Shown: positions 43,201 through 57,040, counted from the whole stretch's first letter. The stretch is 63,987 nt of DNA, filler included, from Aduncisulcus paluster (GCA_024181965.1; 10 parts of 10 records of this genome joined end to end with filler, not necessarily neighbours in it), one strand, 5' to 3'. Notes: generated by a model not told the origin, from the letters alone. Made by a program: numbers and translations.

Positions 43201-45581
43201 TTATCATAATCAACAAGGGTTATAGCATTCTTCGATTGTGAATCATACTCTTCGTTCAGAACAATTCCACGAGACGATGTCATAATAGGGCTTGGAGTCG
43301 GTTCAACAGCCATACCACTCCGAATAACAATGGCATTCACATCACCATGTTTCTCTCCTTCCTCTCCCTCTCCCTCCTCTACTTCCTCTACTTCCTCTAC
43401 TTCCTCTCCCTCCATAATCTCTTTCATGTGATCTCCAAGAAGACTTGGGATGGACCATCTCATGAAATCTCTCACAACCTGACCTGCTTTAACTGTCACA
43501 TGAGATGGTTTGTGTACAGAGGTTGTTGTAGAGTCCTTTCCAGTCGCTCCATAAAGAGATGGCTGCCTTTGCATTGCTCTTTCATCCCTCTCTGCGGCTA
43601 GACTTGCCTCAAGCTCAAGTTGTGCCTTAGACACTCTTCCAATGACACTTCCATACAGACAATCACCCCAAGCAACAATATGAGTGCAATAACTATTAGA
43701 TTCCTCGTCAACCGTGCAAGACACAATGGAAGATGGCGGTGAAAAGTCTTCGTAGAGATCATAGCACTCAAGAGAACCATCAACTCGACCCACAAATAGG
43801 AAATGACCAACACTAAGCAAGCAACGAACACCTCGCTTGGCTGGTATAGTATGTGAACTGTGTGTAACTACGTGAGAACGAGAAGAATGATCTGCTTGCT
43901 GAACATCTACTTTACACTGCACAATACTCGAGTCAGCAGTAATGCCAGAGATAGCTGATAGATCATGAGAGTCAGCAGTATCATCATGCATATCGTCACC
44001 ATGCACATGTGATATTGAAGGAATGTCCAATTCAGCTTCTCTCTTGACTCCATCACACGACCAGACAATACATCCACTCTCAACTTCAAATACACTCACC
44101 GAACCATCTTTGTGACCCATGCAGACACACAGACTAAGATTGGAAGGAACGGAATCGATCGGAATGGAGCCAGATGCCTGCGAACGGTCAGTGTCAGAGA
44201 AAGATTCAGAATGTGTAGTGTCTCGTGAAATAGAATACATTCCAGTCGTTGAAGTGGGCGATACAGCTGAAAGAACACTCGACTGAAACATAGAATGACC
44301 ATCTCCAGAGATCTCTCCAAGATCCCCAGGAGGAACGTCATCCTCGTCACCTCGATACATGGGGTTTGCATCGTCATACCCATCAATATTGAGCTCTAAC
44401 TCACATAAGGCAAGCATAGATGTTGGTTTATCGCATATACACACGCCTTTACCACGGCTGATTGATCCTTGCCACATAAACACTCCTTGTTCACCACAGG
44501 CGTATATATGTCCGTTCTCAAGCATCATAATAGAAGTAATGGCAGTTGAAGAAGAGCGTTTGGCCGATTTGGATGGTTTGGTGTCAGAGCTGCAATGTGA
44601 TTGGCCCCCNNNNNNNNNNNNNNNNNNNNGGTTTATCGCATATACACACGCCTTTACCACGGCTGATTGATCCTTGCCACATAAACACTCCTTGTTCACC
44701 ACAGGCGTATATATGTCCGTTCTCAAGCATCATAATAGAAGTAATGGCAGTTGAAGAAGAGCGTTTGGCCGATTTGGATGGTTTGGTGTCAGAGCTGCAA
44801 TGTGATTGGCCCCCTTTCTTGGAAGAGACTGGAAGGACCGTGAGAAGATTGGGCCTACTAATTGCCTTTAAACTGGTTGCAGAACAAGTGCATCGCCGTA
44901 TAGATCCATCAGAACAACCAATAAGAACACTCTTATGTTGAGTACTGCCACAAATAGAAGTGATCTCAAGCTTTTTTTCTTTTGAGCGCTTAGAGTTGGT
45001 GGATCTCCTTCCCACATGCCTTGGGGCAACTATCGAAGCGGAAGAAGAGGAGTGAATAGAAAATATCTTTATAACAAATGGAATAACTGGTGATTTACCA
45101 GTTTCAGTAGGGCTTGGCCGTTCTTCGTCACTATAGCTTTCTCCAGCTTCTGTTTCGGTATCAGTGATTGGTTCCAAATCCTTAAATCCCCAACATACAC
45201 AAGTACCTTCTTTATCAACCGTCCATAAACGGCCCATTCCATCTTGGGTCATACATGTAATGGGAGACGTATGTGGTGTCTTTTTTTGCTCGCAAATAAT
45301 ATCTAGAGATGTTGAATCGACAATAGCAAACCCTGCAGAGGCAAGACCAAGTACTAGGCAATCAGAACAAAAACATAACGAACTTGTTGGAATACCCAAT
45401 AGTGAAGGATACTAAAATGTAATAAATTGTTAATATTATTTAAAATTATGCAATTGCATTTCGGAAAATAAGGGAAATTCACGTGATAAGATAGGAATAT
45501 GGGAAAATAAGTATTCGTTCAAAATAATGCTTGATTTGTGCACAAAATACATACATCAATTAATTGTTCATCCGATTCCAT
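37159..45581 (-). CDS. Large WD40 plus long coiled-coil protein; intron 45412-45554; split by three 20-N gaps
   Basis: Exon 1 MESDEQLID|GTATGT...TTTTAG|YPSLLG. WD repeats (HTSPITCM...LWTVDKEGTCVCW, LIGCSDGSIR, GHKDGSVSVFE, VGRVDGSLECYD). The four ORF pieces overlap through the duplicated gap flanks. Confidence 0.75.
38427..39068. repeat. Gap-flanking duplication 38427-38737 ~ 38758-39068
   Basis: One T/A difference (38660 vs 38991; QENRQ vs QEIRQ). Confidence 0.9.
42061..42456. repeat. Gap-flanking duplication 42061-42248 = 42269-42456
   Basis: Copies flank a 20-N gap. Confidence 0.9.
44425..44814. repeat. Gap-flanking duplication 44425-44609 = 44630-44814
   Basis: Copies flank a 20-N gap. 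Confidence 0.9.
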
Positions 45582-46208
45582 CAAGTAAAATGATGTGGTT
45601 ATTTACCACAATGTCAAGGATACAAAGTGAAACACAAGAAACTTAAAGGGGCATAAAATTTAATGACAAATATTAAATATTGAATAAATTAGAATATGAT
45701 TGACAATGCATTTTTTTTATTCATTCAGTTTCTAATACAAGACGAGATAATTAAGACCTTGTTTGAGACCACCGATCACAGGAAGAAAAACATTCATAAT
45801 TAACAATTTAAGTCTGCAATTACATTTATGCCGATACTTTAAAGATTTGAAAAGGCGACTCTCCTCTGAGAGATCATTTTNNNNNNNNNNNNNNNNNNNN
45901 CGATTCCATCAAGTAAAATGATGTGGTTATTTACCACAATGTCAAGGATACAAAGTGAAACACAAGAAACTTAAAGGGGCATAAAATTTAATGACAAATA
46001 TTAAATATTGAATAAATTAGAATATGATTGACAATGCATTTTTTTTATTCATTCAGTTTCTAATACAAGACGAGATAATTAAGACCTTGTCTGAGACCAC
46101 CGATCACAGGAAGAAAAACATTCATAATTAACAATTTAAGTCTGCAATTACATTTATGCCGATACTTTAAAGATTTGAAAAGGCGACTCTCCTCTGAGAG
46201 ATCATTTT
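45573..46208. repeat. Gap-flanking duplication 45573-45880 ~ 45901-46208
   Basis: One T/C difference (45763 vs 46091). Confidence 0.9.
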
Positions 46209-47384
46209 CGACTTAGATCCTATACTATCTTACAAGTAGTATGAAATATTTATATGTCTTTATCAAAGATAATCCGGCGAAAGGACAGATATACAGATAG
46301 AGTATGAGAAGAAACGTAAAATCAGAGATTATAATTAATAAAACCTCTATGTCTACATTCAATGTCTACTTCGAAGTTGTAACTAATCTACAAATTCTTT
46401 TTTTAAAAAAAGATCACACAGAAGACATGGAAAACACGACAAACAATAAAGAAACAGACGAAATTGATGAAATTGATGAATCGACCAAAATAACCAAAAC
46501 AACCAAAATAAATAAGGTTGATGGGGACGAAAATGGGGAAAGAAATGGTGGAAAATATATGGTAAGATAATGTTCAAAGCTATGATAATACAAGAAACGT
46601 CGCGGCGACCCATATTGCCAATGACTCGGTCGTTTTGATGTTCTCAAGGGTGAATACGACAGAGGATTGGTCAAATGGCCGGGATATAATTGACATACAA
46701 TAAAATAAACGGTCTTTGTGTGTCCAGGAAAGAACGAAAGGAGACAAAATCGAAAAACAAAAATGGTCGATCCATTTCATTTCATTTTGGACCCATTCCC
46801 GACCTCCCATGTCCGAATGTTTTATGCTACTAACCATAACTATGTAAAATGATTGCCTTGGGTGTGTTTTCCAAGAAGAGATTTCTCGATATTAGTATAT
46901 AACCTTCCAGAACTTCCGATAGTCGCTACAACTTCCATTACTCCCTAAGTTGTCAACATGATGTCCATATATCCATTTATTATGATTTATATAAACGTGA
47001 TTAGTTGCCGATTTTATCATTCTCTTAAAGACTTTGTCTCTGTAGAAAATTGAATCCGATTCGAAATTCGAATCTTCAAAACATGGTTGTTTGGGGATCT
47101 AAATGCCCCATTATCTGGGCTATTGTAACGATGGTCAAATCGATTTCAAGAAGTGGATTGCCACAAAATACAAAATTATTCCTGCCTGAAATCGAAGAGA
47201 AAATATCAATCTGAAACAGAATTAAATTATAAGACGAAAAATTAATATTATATATAAAACATGAACCATTGAATTGAGCCAAGAATGAGATAAACACTTG
47301 AGGGAAGTATTTATAATAATTTCTCTTGAGCAACAAATGGATTTGTTTTGCAAAATTTGTTTTGACACAATTAAAATCATTAAA

Positions 47385-47826
47385 ATGTTTAAAACAAATA
47401 ATTTTAATCCCCCTTGGTCCAGAACTATTGCTGGTTATAATAATTCCAGCCATTCTAAGACCAAGTTGAGATTCACTTCTGCTTGCCTCAGCCCCATTGC
47501 TTCCCTGCACATTATTTGGGTATTATTCGCCATTATGCTTGTCCTTCCCATTTATGGTTCCTCTGATGTCATTCCAGATTCTTTCCTCCTGAATGACGTC
47601 TGCCTTGCCCTTGACCATGGAGCTCATTGTGACGACCTGACTTCTGACGACCTCCAAGATCTGACCTCCCTGAACACGTACTTTGTTGACTCCTTCGCTG
47701 GGCTTGGTGGTGCGACGAACCTCACGACGCTGTATGTGAGCAACACGGACTCTGTGTCCAAACAGATGGGCACCAGTGACATCGAGCAGCTTCCCACGAG
47801 TCTTGAGACGCTGACGCTGAATAACA
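47385..47826 (+). CDS. Internalin-like LRR surface protein, N-terminal fragment (start could be 47337)
   Basis: Signal-like IIWVLFAIMLVLPIYGS, cap IPDSFLLNDVCLAL, LTSDDLQDLTSL...FAGLGGATNLTTLYV, LPTSLETLTLNN. Confidence 0.7.
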
Positions 47827-47926
47827 NNNNNNNNNNNNNNNNNNNNNNNNNNNNNNNNNNNNNNNNNNNNTTAATTAATTAANNNNNNNNNNNNNNNNNN
47901 NNNNNNNNNNNNNNNNNNNNNNNNNN

Positions 47927-50900
47927 TTGTCACGGATACAAGTGTTCTTGGCAATGTTCATACATGTTCCAAGCAAAAGCTGGGAGTTAACTTTTCTCGT
48001 ATCTCGACTGATGACACACTCTTCGAGCCATTGGATAACAGATATAAGGAATTTGGAGGAGAGAGTGTCAGGGTGACGAGAGAAAGTATGAACACAGCAG
48101 AGTTGAGCAGAGGAAGTGATTTCAGCATGAGCCAAATCATTAGACAAAATACAATACCACATGGGAGATGGAGGCAAGGAAGACATTGGACGTTCGGATG
48201 CACGAATAGTTATGCCTTCAAGGTCAGGAAGAGATGCATCAGAACGTGTTGGGGATGGAGTAGAATTGGACAACCAATTAATCTTTGGAATATCTTGCCA
48301 AACCTTTTGAACGACCTTCTTTCCTTCAGCCTTTTCTTGACGGATCAAATTCTCGCTCACAATTCTTGACATAAGAAGATTATCTCTCAAGTGAATCATC
48401 TCTTCCTTGTCAGCAACTCTTGAAAACTCAATGAGGGCAATCGAAGCTAATTTAACATCTCCAAAGATAATTGAATTAAGACTGACGCCCATAACAGAAA
48501 CCTCGAGACCAGTATCACGGATGTAATAAGTTTGAGAACACCACACCAAGAAACGGACCAAGCATTCCCAAAGGTCACGAGAACACTCGTTAACAATGTC
48601 CAATTCAGATCCAAGTGTATAAAGGGTCGAGGAATCTGAAGTTGACTTGGGTTTCGCAATAATTCGATGTAAAGCAGCCTCACGTTTCTTGATTTGGGTT
48701 TCTAGATCATTTTGTTTTTGAGCACAATATTTCAACACAAATTTGAAGAAATCAATGGATCTAACCTGAGAGAGCAACTCAGATATCCATTCACGGGTCT
48801 CAGTGAAATCTCGGTGAACTTCTTTCGTTATGAGTTTCACAAGGACATGAGCCGTCTGTCTGAATATCGAATACTGATTCAAGTGTCCTCTAAGAATAAG
48901 AGAGGTGAAGAATCTAGCAATGTGAATGTGAATCATTGTTCCAGAGCCATAAAGACCCCTGAATTGGATTGAAGCATCAGACATCATCTCTTTGAGTCCT
49001 CTAATGTGTAACATCTTCTCAGCAACAAATGGTCGGGCAGATAAGTTGGCAGCCATCGTCACAACATACAAAGTGGCAGAGTAAGACAAGAGAATGTTAT
49101 TGTTCAAAATGATGGAGATAATTCCTCTAAATACAACAGAACTGACCTCTTCCTCACCCAAACACTCGCTAGCACTCAAGTTACTCAAGATACAAGCAGA
49201 AAGACCGCATGAAAGGGTATAATACAAGGGTATCAAGTGACTACTGGCTTGAATGACAGTTGTGAAAGTGGGAGAGATAGCTCCAGAGGTGGAAGAAGAC
49301 GAAGTCGAGGAGGAAGAGATGGAGACAGAGGTTGAGATAATCGAAAGTATAGCATCAAGCTTCCTTAAAATATTCAAATTCTTAATGAGATATTGATGAG
49401 CAAATGAATGTAAACTCAGACTCAAGAGCAAACGAAGTAGAGACAAAGAGAGCGAAAGAGATTTGGAATGTGAAGTGATCAAAATAACATCAGAGAGGGT
49501 TTCATTGAAAATGGGACTTGCAGCGAGTGCAACTGCCGCTTGAGGAGATTTGGACAAGAGAGGAATCAATAACTCATTAATCTTTTTCTCAACATCTTGA
49601 GTTCGTTTCTTGATGAAATAAGAGTCATGGAGGGTGTTGGAAGGAGCAAGCTGTCTTGTTAATGAATCCAATATCTCATCTTCCTCATCATCTAACGAAG
49701 AGTGACGCTCTTTCTTGGCCTCGGGGGACGGATATGGGTCCAATACACTTTCATCTACGTCAAACTCTGAATCCTCAACCTTAGATCCTCTTCTAGCGTT
49801 CTTCTTAGTGTTATCTTTTGCCTTGAAGGCAGTCTTTTTCTTCGTCACGAGCTTCTTTTGCATGACAACACCACACAACACCTCAACTAACATCTCTCGG
49901 GACACATAATTCCTTTGAATGGCCGATTCTCTTCTCTCATCGTCAACGTCACTGCCATAAGAGCCAGATTTAGAGTGTTTCTTGAATAGTTCAATGAACA
50001 TTTGGGAGCTGTAAGGCGTGTGAATGTGGGTATAGGTCGAAACAGAGACACAATCTCGGATACAATCGAGAAGGAAAGGAATCACAGAATCGTCCTCTGA
50101 CTCAAGCTTTGATATGTGTTCCCTTGCTTCACATTCTTTGAGGATATCCAAGAGAGTGAATGAATAAGACGGAACATAAGCCAAGTATGGAGTGAGTAAA
50201 GGATGTTGGAGGAGTGACACTGTATGAATAGAGAACAGAGGATGAGGAGAGAGACGGATAGTGCAACCGACACACTGGGTAAGGGTACGTTGTTCATACG
50301 TTGTCAAGTCTTGAACCAACAGAGCCCTTGAAGAAGTGGCAATCTCACGTAATTTAGGGAGAGGGATTTCACTCATACGACGTTCACTAATAAGTTTTTC
50401 AATGTCAAAGAGAAGCTGAAACAGATTCCCGACATAAATATTTACAATATATGTACACAAGAGGAACAAGAGAGACTGATTTGTAAAGGATGGCAAAAGG
50501 GAAAGAATGAAGAAAGCAGACAAATTTTGGTGATTCTTACCAAGGAGGAAATCGTCATCAATATTGGACTTTCTCAAGTGATCCGTGGCATCATACAAAT
50601 TAAGAACTCTGTTTGAAGAGTCAACAATTCCAATTGAAAACCCCCAAGAAAGCATCTTTGCTTCAAGCCATTCGATATACCCACATTTCTCAAGTTCAGT
50701 GCGAACATCCTGCAATGACCAGAGCTTCTTGCCATGAGATTTCCATATAGGATGGGTGAACGAAGATAGAGGGGATATATCGGCCAAGAAGGATGAAATT
50801 GAGGGGAAAGGAGAACTCGAAGTGGAAATAATGAACTTAATGGCTTCAAAGAGAGAAGAGGGTGAGAACAGATGGTTTTGGGCAGCAATACGGATTAATG

Positions 50901-51930
50901 AACTCATTTCAACCTCATTGAGGCGAAGTAATACTTGGGAAGGAGATCCGCTGTCATCCTTGGTGATATCTTTGGCATGCGAAATGTCTGAAGAGGACAC
51001 ATGCTCCAAGAAGAGCTGCTGCCCATAAATGATTGGAACATACTTTCTCAAAATTCTAAAAATAGCAAACACGCTATTTCTAGTCAACTTAGAAGGAGAG
51101 ACAACATTGACTATTTGGCGAACAGTCTTAACAGCGTTCACTGTCAAACCACTCAAACTTTCAATTCTAATGGAATTAATATCAGACATTGGAGTGATTT
51201 TTATCAGGCGATTGACCTCTTTAATTGTGAATTCACAGATATACAGGCAAATCACAGCGAGAGATTCATGAGGAAGGACTCGAGACGAAGACAAGGACAA
51301 GAGGGAAGATTTTGAGTGAGAAGAAGCAGAACTATGTGAGTCACGTCTCTGTCTGGGCGACTTCATAATGCCTTCCTGACTTGAAGAACCATCATCTTCC
51401 CTTCGCTCCTCCTCGCTGATAACCTGGTCTACATCCAATACATCAGAGTGCTTAAGGATGAGTCCAATCACCATATCGGCAACAGGAGTCAGGGACAATG
51501 AGTGGAGGAGAGAGAGAGAAAGAGTGAGAGTGGTAGGAGATTTGAGAAGAGTAGAGAAGGCAGAATGGAGGAGAGCAAGGGCTTTTCTTGTGAGAACAAC
51601 ATTATGGTGGGCTGTTGACATTCCCTCGGCATCATGAAGGGATCTTGAATCTTCCCCAAAAGAGGTAACAGGCAATCCAAGTTCCCTTTCAATACTATTC
51701 TGGATTTGTAAGACCTGATCGGGTTTGCCTCCACGAGTTGCAGTCTTCATAGTTGATTTTTTTGTCTGCCTGGGTGATTTGACACTGGTTTGAGTGGTAG
51801 AGAGTTTAAGAGTCGATTGTTTCGCAAAGCCACTCTTCAACTTAGCCCAATATGACTTCTTCTTGGGAGGGACCTGTCCTTCCTCGTCCAATTCCTTTGC
51901 TTCCTTTCCCTTGCCATCCTTGGATTCTTC
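47927..51930 (-). CDS. Large ARM/HEAT-like alpha-solenoid protein, both ends truncated
   Basis: Open frame across the whole scaffold. Leu-rich helical repeats (ACILSNLSA, MAANLSARP). Confidence 0.7.
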
Positions 51931-52031
51931 TNNNNNNNNNNNNNNNNNNNNNNNNNNNNNNNNNNNNNNNNNNNNTTAATTAATTAANNNNNNNNNNNNN
52001 NNNNNNNNNNNNNNNNNNNNNNNNNNNNNNN

Positions 52032-54483
52032 CAAATACTCTATCAAATGCAGTCCGAATAACCCTAGAAACGGATCCTCTGAGCAAGGTAAGAACACGGA
52101 AGATACGTTCATCAACTCGAATAACGCCCCCTTCCTCGTACTTCCGAACAGGATGGAGTGCTGGATCTTTGCCCAACGAATAAATGAATAGAGGCATGTT
52201 GGAAAGGGAGGAGGGAAGATGAAGAGAAACACGGTCTGGTTGTACCTTGACTTCCTTTCTATAACAAACGAGAGGGGTTAAAATATTACGACCAAATGCA
52301 TCTCGAATGGAACGTAGAGTTACATATGGAACTTTCGCCACGGCCGTTTTCACTGCAGATGCAACAAATGCATTGCAATTGACTGTTTTAAATAATCTAG
52401 CCAGTTCAACAATGGAAAAAGCCATGTTACTGACTCTAACTCTTCTTGAACCATCCCTGTGAGTGTACAGGCAGGCAGCCTGAACAAAAGAGAACCCACC
52501 ACTATCACCAGCACTGCCACCAGCCAGTCTTGCCTCATCCCAGGCCAAATGGGCCTCAACACTACTCTCGTTGTCACACAGACACCCGTGTACTTGCTCA
52601 ATGGAAGGAAGGAAAGGCTTGTCACTGATACATCCAGAGTATTTCTGAATGCTCAATCCCTTTGAACATCTGAGTCGAAGGGAACAAGCGATTGCCTGTT
52701 CTTTCGTAAGAATATTGGAAATGACACTCTTCAAGTACAGCAAAGGATGTGGAAGAAGAGGAGATCCCCTCTCGATATCATAAACAGAGAGGGGATCATT
52801 ACATGGAGTCAGGACAGGGGTTAGATGCATCTCTCCGCCTGTCTTGCGGACAAGTTCGAAGAAAGAAGGTAGTGACAAGGGCTTTGGTTCGGAATACTCA
52901 AGCCTAAGCTCTGTCTGAGGGTGGGACACAACGTGGGTTGGATCTGACTTCTTTACAAGCGTTCTATCCGAGGGCGAGGAAGAGGAGAACACAGTCGGAG
53001 AGTCAGGTGCATAATGTTTGAACGTGCCGATCGAGATGTCAGTGGATGAAGTAGTTGTCGTGGATGATGTGGCCTGTTGTTCATGTTTCGATTGGGTGTC
53101 AGGAGAAGAAGCGTGATGAGAGAAATCGGTTGAAGAAGGAGAGGAAGCAGTGATATCACCAGCAGCAGGGTAGCCAGAGCCAGAAGTCGATTTCTGCTTT
53201 GACACATTCCGAACAGGTGCTCCAATGACATCAAAGGCAATGTTATTCTCAACAAATAGAGACGATAGAGACTTGAAATAGTCAGTTCCACCACACAACA
53301 GTAGCATCTCTTTCTCTCCTCCATACTCGCTAAGAGAGTCAATATCGGCCGCATTTCCACTGCCTACGTTAGGACGATTGCTAATGAAACACGTCACTCG
53401 CCCACCAATACCACACAATACGGAGAGAGAGAAAGATATGGCGTAGGATAAACAGAACGGTTGATAAACACTTGAGGCAAGCAAGGTTGGAGAGAATGGC
53501 GAAGGACGTGCATCTGAAGATCCAGAACGAACACGTTTCATGAAGTGTTGTTTGACAGTATCCCTTTCTTCTCTTTCTTGGATTACTCTTCCAGGAAGGC
53601 TTCTGAAGAAGTCAATAGTGCTATCTTTGTCATGAACAGAAAGAGACATGTATTCAAGGGGAAGAGGAGCGAAAGGAACTTCATCATCGACACATACGAT
53701 AACTTCAGCAGCGATGATGACACCTCCTTCCTCTGCAACCGAACTTCTGTCAAAAGAGAACACCCGAACACGATCATCACACAGAACAGGGAGGATACGA
53801 ACATTCGTTGGGATAGTTTCACTTTCAATTGCATCAATAATACCCAAACATATAGCATTTACAGAACCACCACTAACGGCAAGAGGAGTAGTATCAATGA
53901 TTAAAAGGTGGACAAATGGGAGAATATCGTACGAAGAGAGAGGTTGAGCTGTCATTTCCATTAGCTCTTGCTTTTCTTGAAGAGGTTTGACTTGTTGGGG
54001 AGGATATTCTTCAAAAGGACCAGTAGGTAAATATTTCTTATCTTTAACAATATATTCAACGGTATTTTGTGTTAACATGGGTACTCCATCTTGTCTGGCT
54101 GGGTTGACCTGACCTCTAGCTGTATCAAGATATTGCATAATATATTGAGGCAAAGCAGTCTCAATTCCACAAAGTTTACAAGTATATTTATGGCCTCCAG
54201 GGTGAATATAGACATTTGGATTCAAATAAGCTCCACAACGACGACATCTAATGGGATCTGCCGTCCCAACATCAATTATGGGAACAGATTGATCTAGAGA
54301 AGGTTGCTTTATAAATGGAGAATAATGAATACTCATGGGAATCCCAGTTTTCTCACAGAGTTCCGCTCTTGACGGGATGGAATTTATGGTAGCAGTTAGA
54401 AAACTATCCTTGGGAAGACCCTCTGAAAAAGTGGGATGAGGATTTGTTTTAGGTGGAAATCTCCCTCCAGTTGATTCGTTCAT
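52032..54483 (-). CDS. SEC24: COPII cargo adaptor Sec24, 3'-truncated
   Basis: TINSIP...GIPMSIHYSPF, zinc finger PIRCRRCGAYLNP...YTCKLC, trunk LIIDTT and GGRVTCF...PNVGSG, LRLRCSKGL, VQAACLYTHRDGSRRVRV. Confidence 0.92.
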
Positions 54484-54807
54484 TATTAGGAAACCCAGAA
54501 CGAGAAAAAACGAGATGAAATCACCCCACCGTTAAATCAGAATAAAATCACTTCCAAAATTTATTAAAAGTTTCCCGATGAAATATTAATATGTTTTGCT
54601 TTAATTAATTAGAAAAATAAATAGTAATTGACAATTTACATGCAGATTAGCAGACCAGAGAGAGAAACGATTGATGATAAAATTCGAAAATTTATTTTTC
54701 ATCAATCCATTGATATTGTATCATTCACCTGCTGGGCAAAACATAAACTAAATGTTTCGAGTCCAGAGAGAGTGTTTTCTATGTTTTCTCGCGTGTCATT
54801 AGCAAAG

Positions 54808-56417
54808 ATGATTATCAAAGAGTAGTATGTCATATTTTATTTTATCTACACCCAAGAATTATTAAATTTGGTATCTTATTTCTATTTTTGTCACTTTTCT
54901 CCAGTCGAATTCCCATGCCCCTTCCCCTTCGGAAATACAGAATTGGTCAAAGGTATATGACCGCCAAAGCCAGTCTCGAGGAGTTACGGGAGAAAGAAAC
55001 ACACCAAAAAGCTGCTTTAGAAGTTCAGAAAAAGAAATATGATGCGGCCAAAGCCAAAATGGATGATAAGATTCGTCACATTCGAAAAAAATGTGAAACA
55101 AAGGGAAAAAAAACTCAGGATGAAATCGAACAAGAAGTTGCAAAAGCAACTTTGAAGTATGAAAAGAAGCTGCCCAAAATGAAAGTGAAATCTGAAGGTG
55201 AAAGTATCATTTTTGTGACCAATGAAGAACAAACTCGTGGAGGAGTCAAGGGAATTTACACTGAAAAGATATTTAATCTTCAAAAGTCGATTCCCAAGGT
55301 TCTTCAACTTCTTGCTGGAAAAAAGAATCGTTCCAAGATGATGGCGTATGAATATTGTTGGAACGCCTATCCATACAGTAAGACTTGGTATTCTTGCCCT
55401 CTTTTGAAGCATTTCTTCTTGTCTGTTGAGAGTTACCATGAGACAATCGGTGGTGAGCAACGTTTGGAGGAACTTCGTGCTAGTGCTGCTCTTGTTGAAG
55501 AAACTGTCCTTGAACATGTTGAAAGCAGCCCCATTTCTGCCATGACCGATGAGTCTATTGAGTCAGCCGTGAGTCCCAGTTCAACTGCCTCTACTTCAAC
55601 ACCTTCTTCCTCATCCTCTTCTTCCTCAATGGAGACATCCACTCATACCTTCGAGTACCCATGTCCAGAATATGCCCGTATGGCCCCTCGTGAGCCTGCT
55701 GTCTTCCCTGTTATTTCCCCCTCTGTGTGTCACCTTCAGAATGCTCTCCTCTTGCCTGCCGATCATTTGTCCATCCGAGAGGTTGTTCCCTTGGATATTG
55801 GCAAAGATCCTCTTCCTAAAAAGAAAGATATCGATCTCCACAACCCGACTCTTGTCCAAGTAAGTGAAGCTCGCACTCAAAGCGGCGATAAATACACCAT
55901 CCTTCCCCTTGTCGGTGATTGGCAAGAGGCCAGAATTCTTGAGATGGATCGTGAAGCAAGACACGGCGTATCTTTGGAGGAGGCTAAGCATGCAATTACC
56001 ACGGTCTACAAGATTGTGAAAGCTGATATTAAGGCCTTCGGAATGCAAAAGAAGATCGAAAAAACAATTCAGGGCAGCATGGGCACTGCATTCTTGGAGT
56101 ATCACAAGAAGTTATTCTGTTGGGGAGACGAATGGATGTCAATGGACGAATCTGATGTTGAGAAGATGGAAGAAGAAGTCCATATGCTGTCCAAGGCCAT
56201 TTTGGAGAGGGAAAGAGTCGATGATATCATCAAAATGCTCGATGGAGATGATGAAACGGAGACAGAGACCACCGAAAAGGAAACAGATACTGGTGAAGAA
56301 GAAGAGGAGGAGGAGGAGAAAGAAGATGTTGATGTCTCTGTAAAAATGGTTGTTCCACCTCCTGCCCCTGGCATGATCCCACCAATTGATGGTCCATGCC
56401 GTAAACTGTTCCACTAA
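54808..56417 (+). CDS. PITP: Phosphatidylinositol transfer protein (PITP/IP_trans); join(54808..54824,54905..56417)
   Basis: Intron 54825-54904 (GTATGT...CTCCAG) restores MIIKEYRIPMPL. YRIGQRY, GIYTEKIFNL, EYCWNAYPY, VYKIV, YHKKLFCWGDEW. Confidence 0.9.
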
Positions 56418-57040
56418 TCGGCGTTACTTTTGTTCAATGTATATCGTCTTCAAATTGATGAATATTAATAATTGAATTCACTATCCTTCGAATCACTATT
56501 CATCGATTTCCATTGTTGTGTCATACAACAAGGTGTTTTTTAATATTAATCGTGATTTTTTCTCCTTTTTTTGCTCTATAATTCTAATATATAACATTCA
56601 TATTCAACTAATAGAGAGTTTCTTTGATATTCGGGTACATTACAGTTATACGATGAACTATCAAGTAAATTTTATTCTATTATAATAGAAAGTTATTTTT
56701 TTTTGGTCCAATAATCATATTTATGTGTAGCAATTGGCCCAGAAAGTACGAAATGTAATATGGCAACAAGAGAATTAGAAGTAAATTTAAAAAAATATTT
56801 TACAAGATACATACATCATATATATGCTAATGCCAAAAATATGTCCAATACCTTTTATTTTAAGATAAATGATGATAGTTTTGCTGTTTGGCCTTAATAT
56901 ATTTTACCTACATGTATTTATTTGAGTGGACAAAGTATTTTCGGCTGCTATTTAACCTTTCATTTGTTCTTCCTTTCATTTGTATCGTGTTTTCTCCCCT
57001 TTCGGGATGTGATTCTCTCACCATCGAAGAATCGTTGCAT

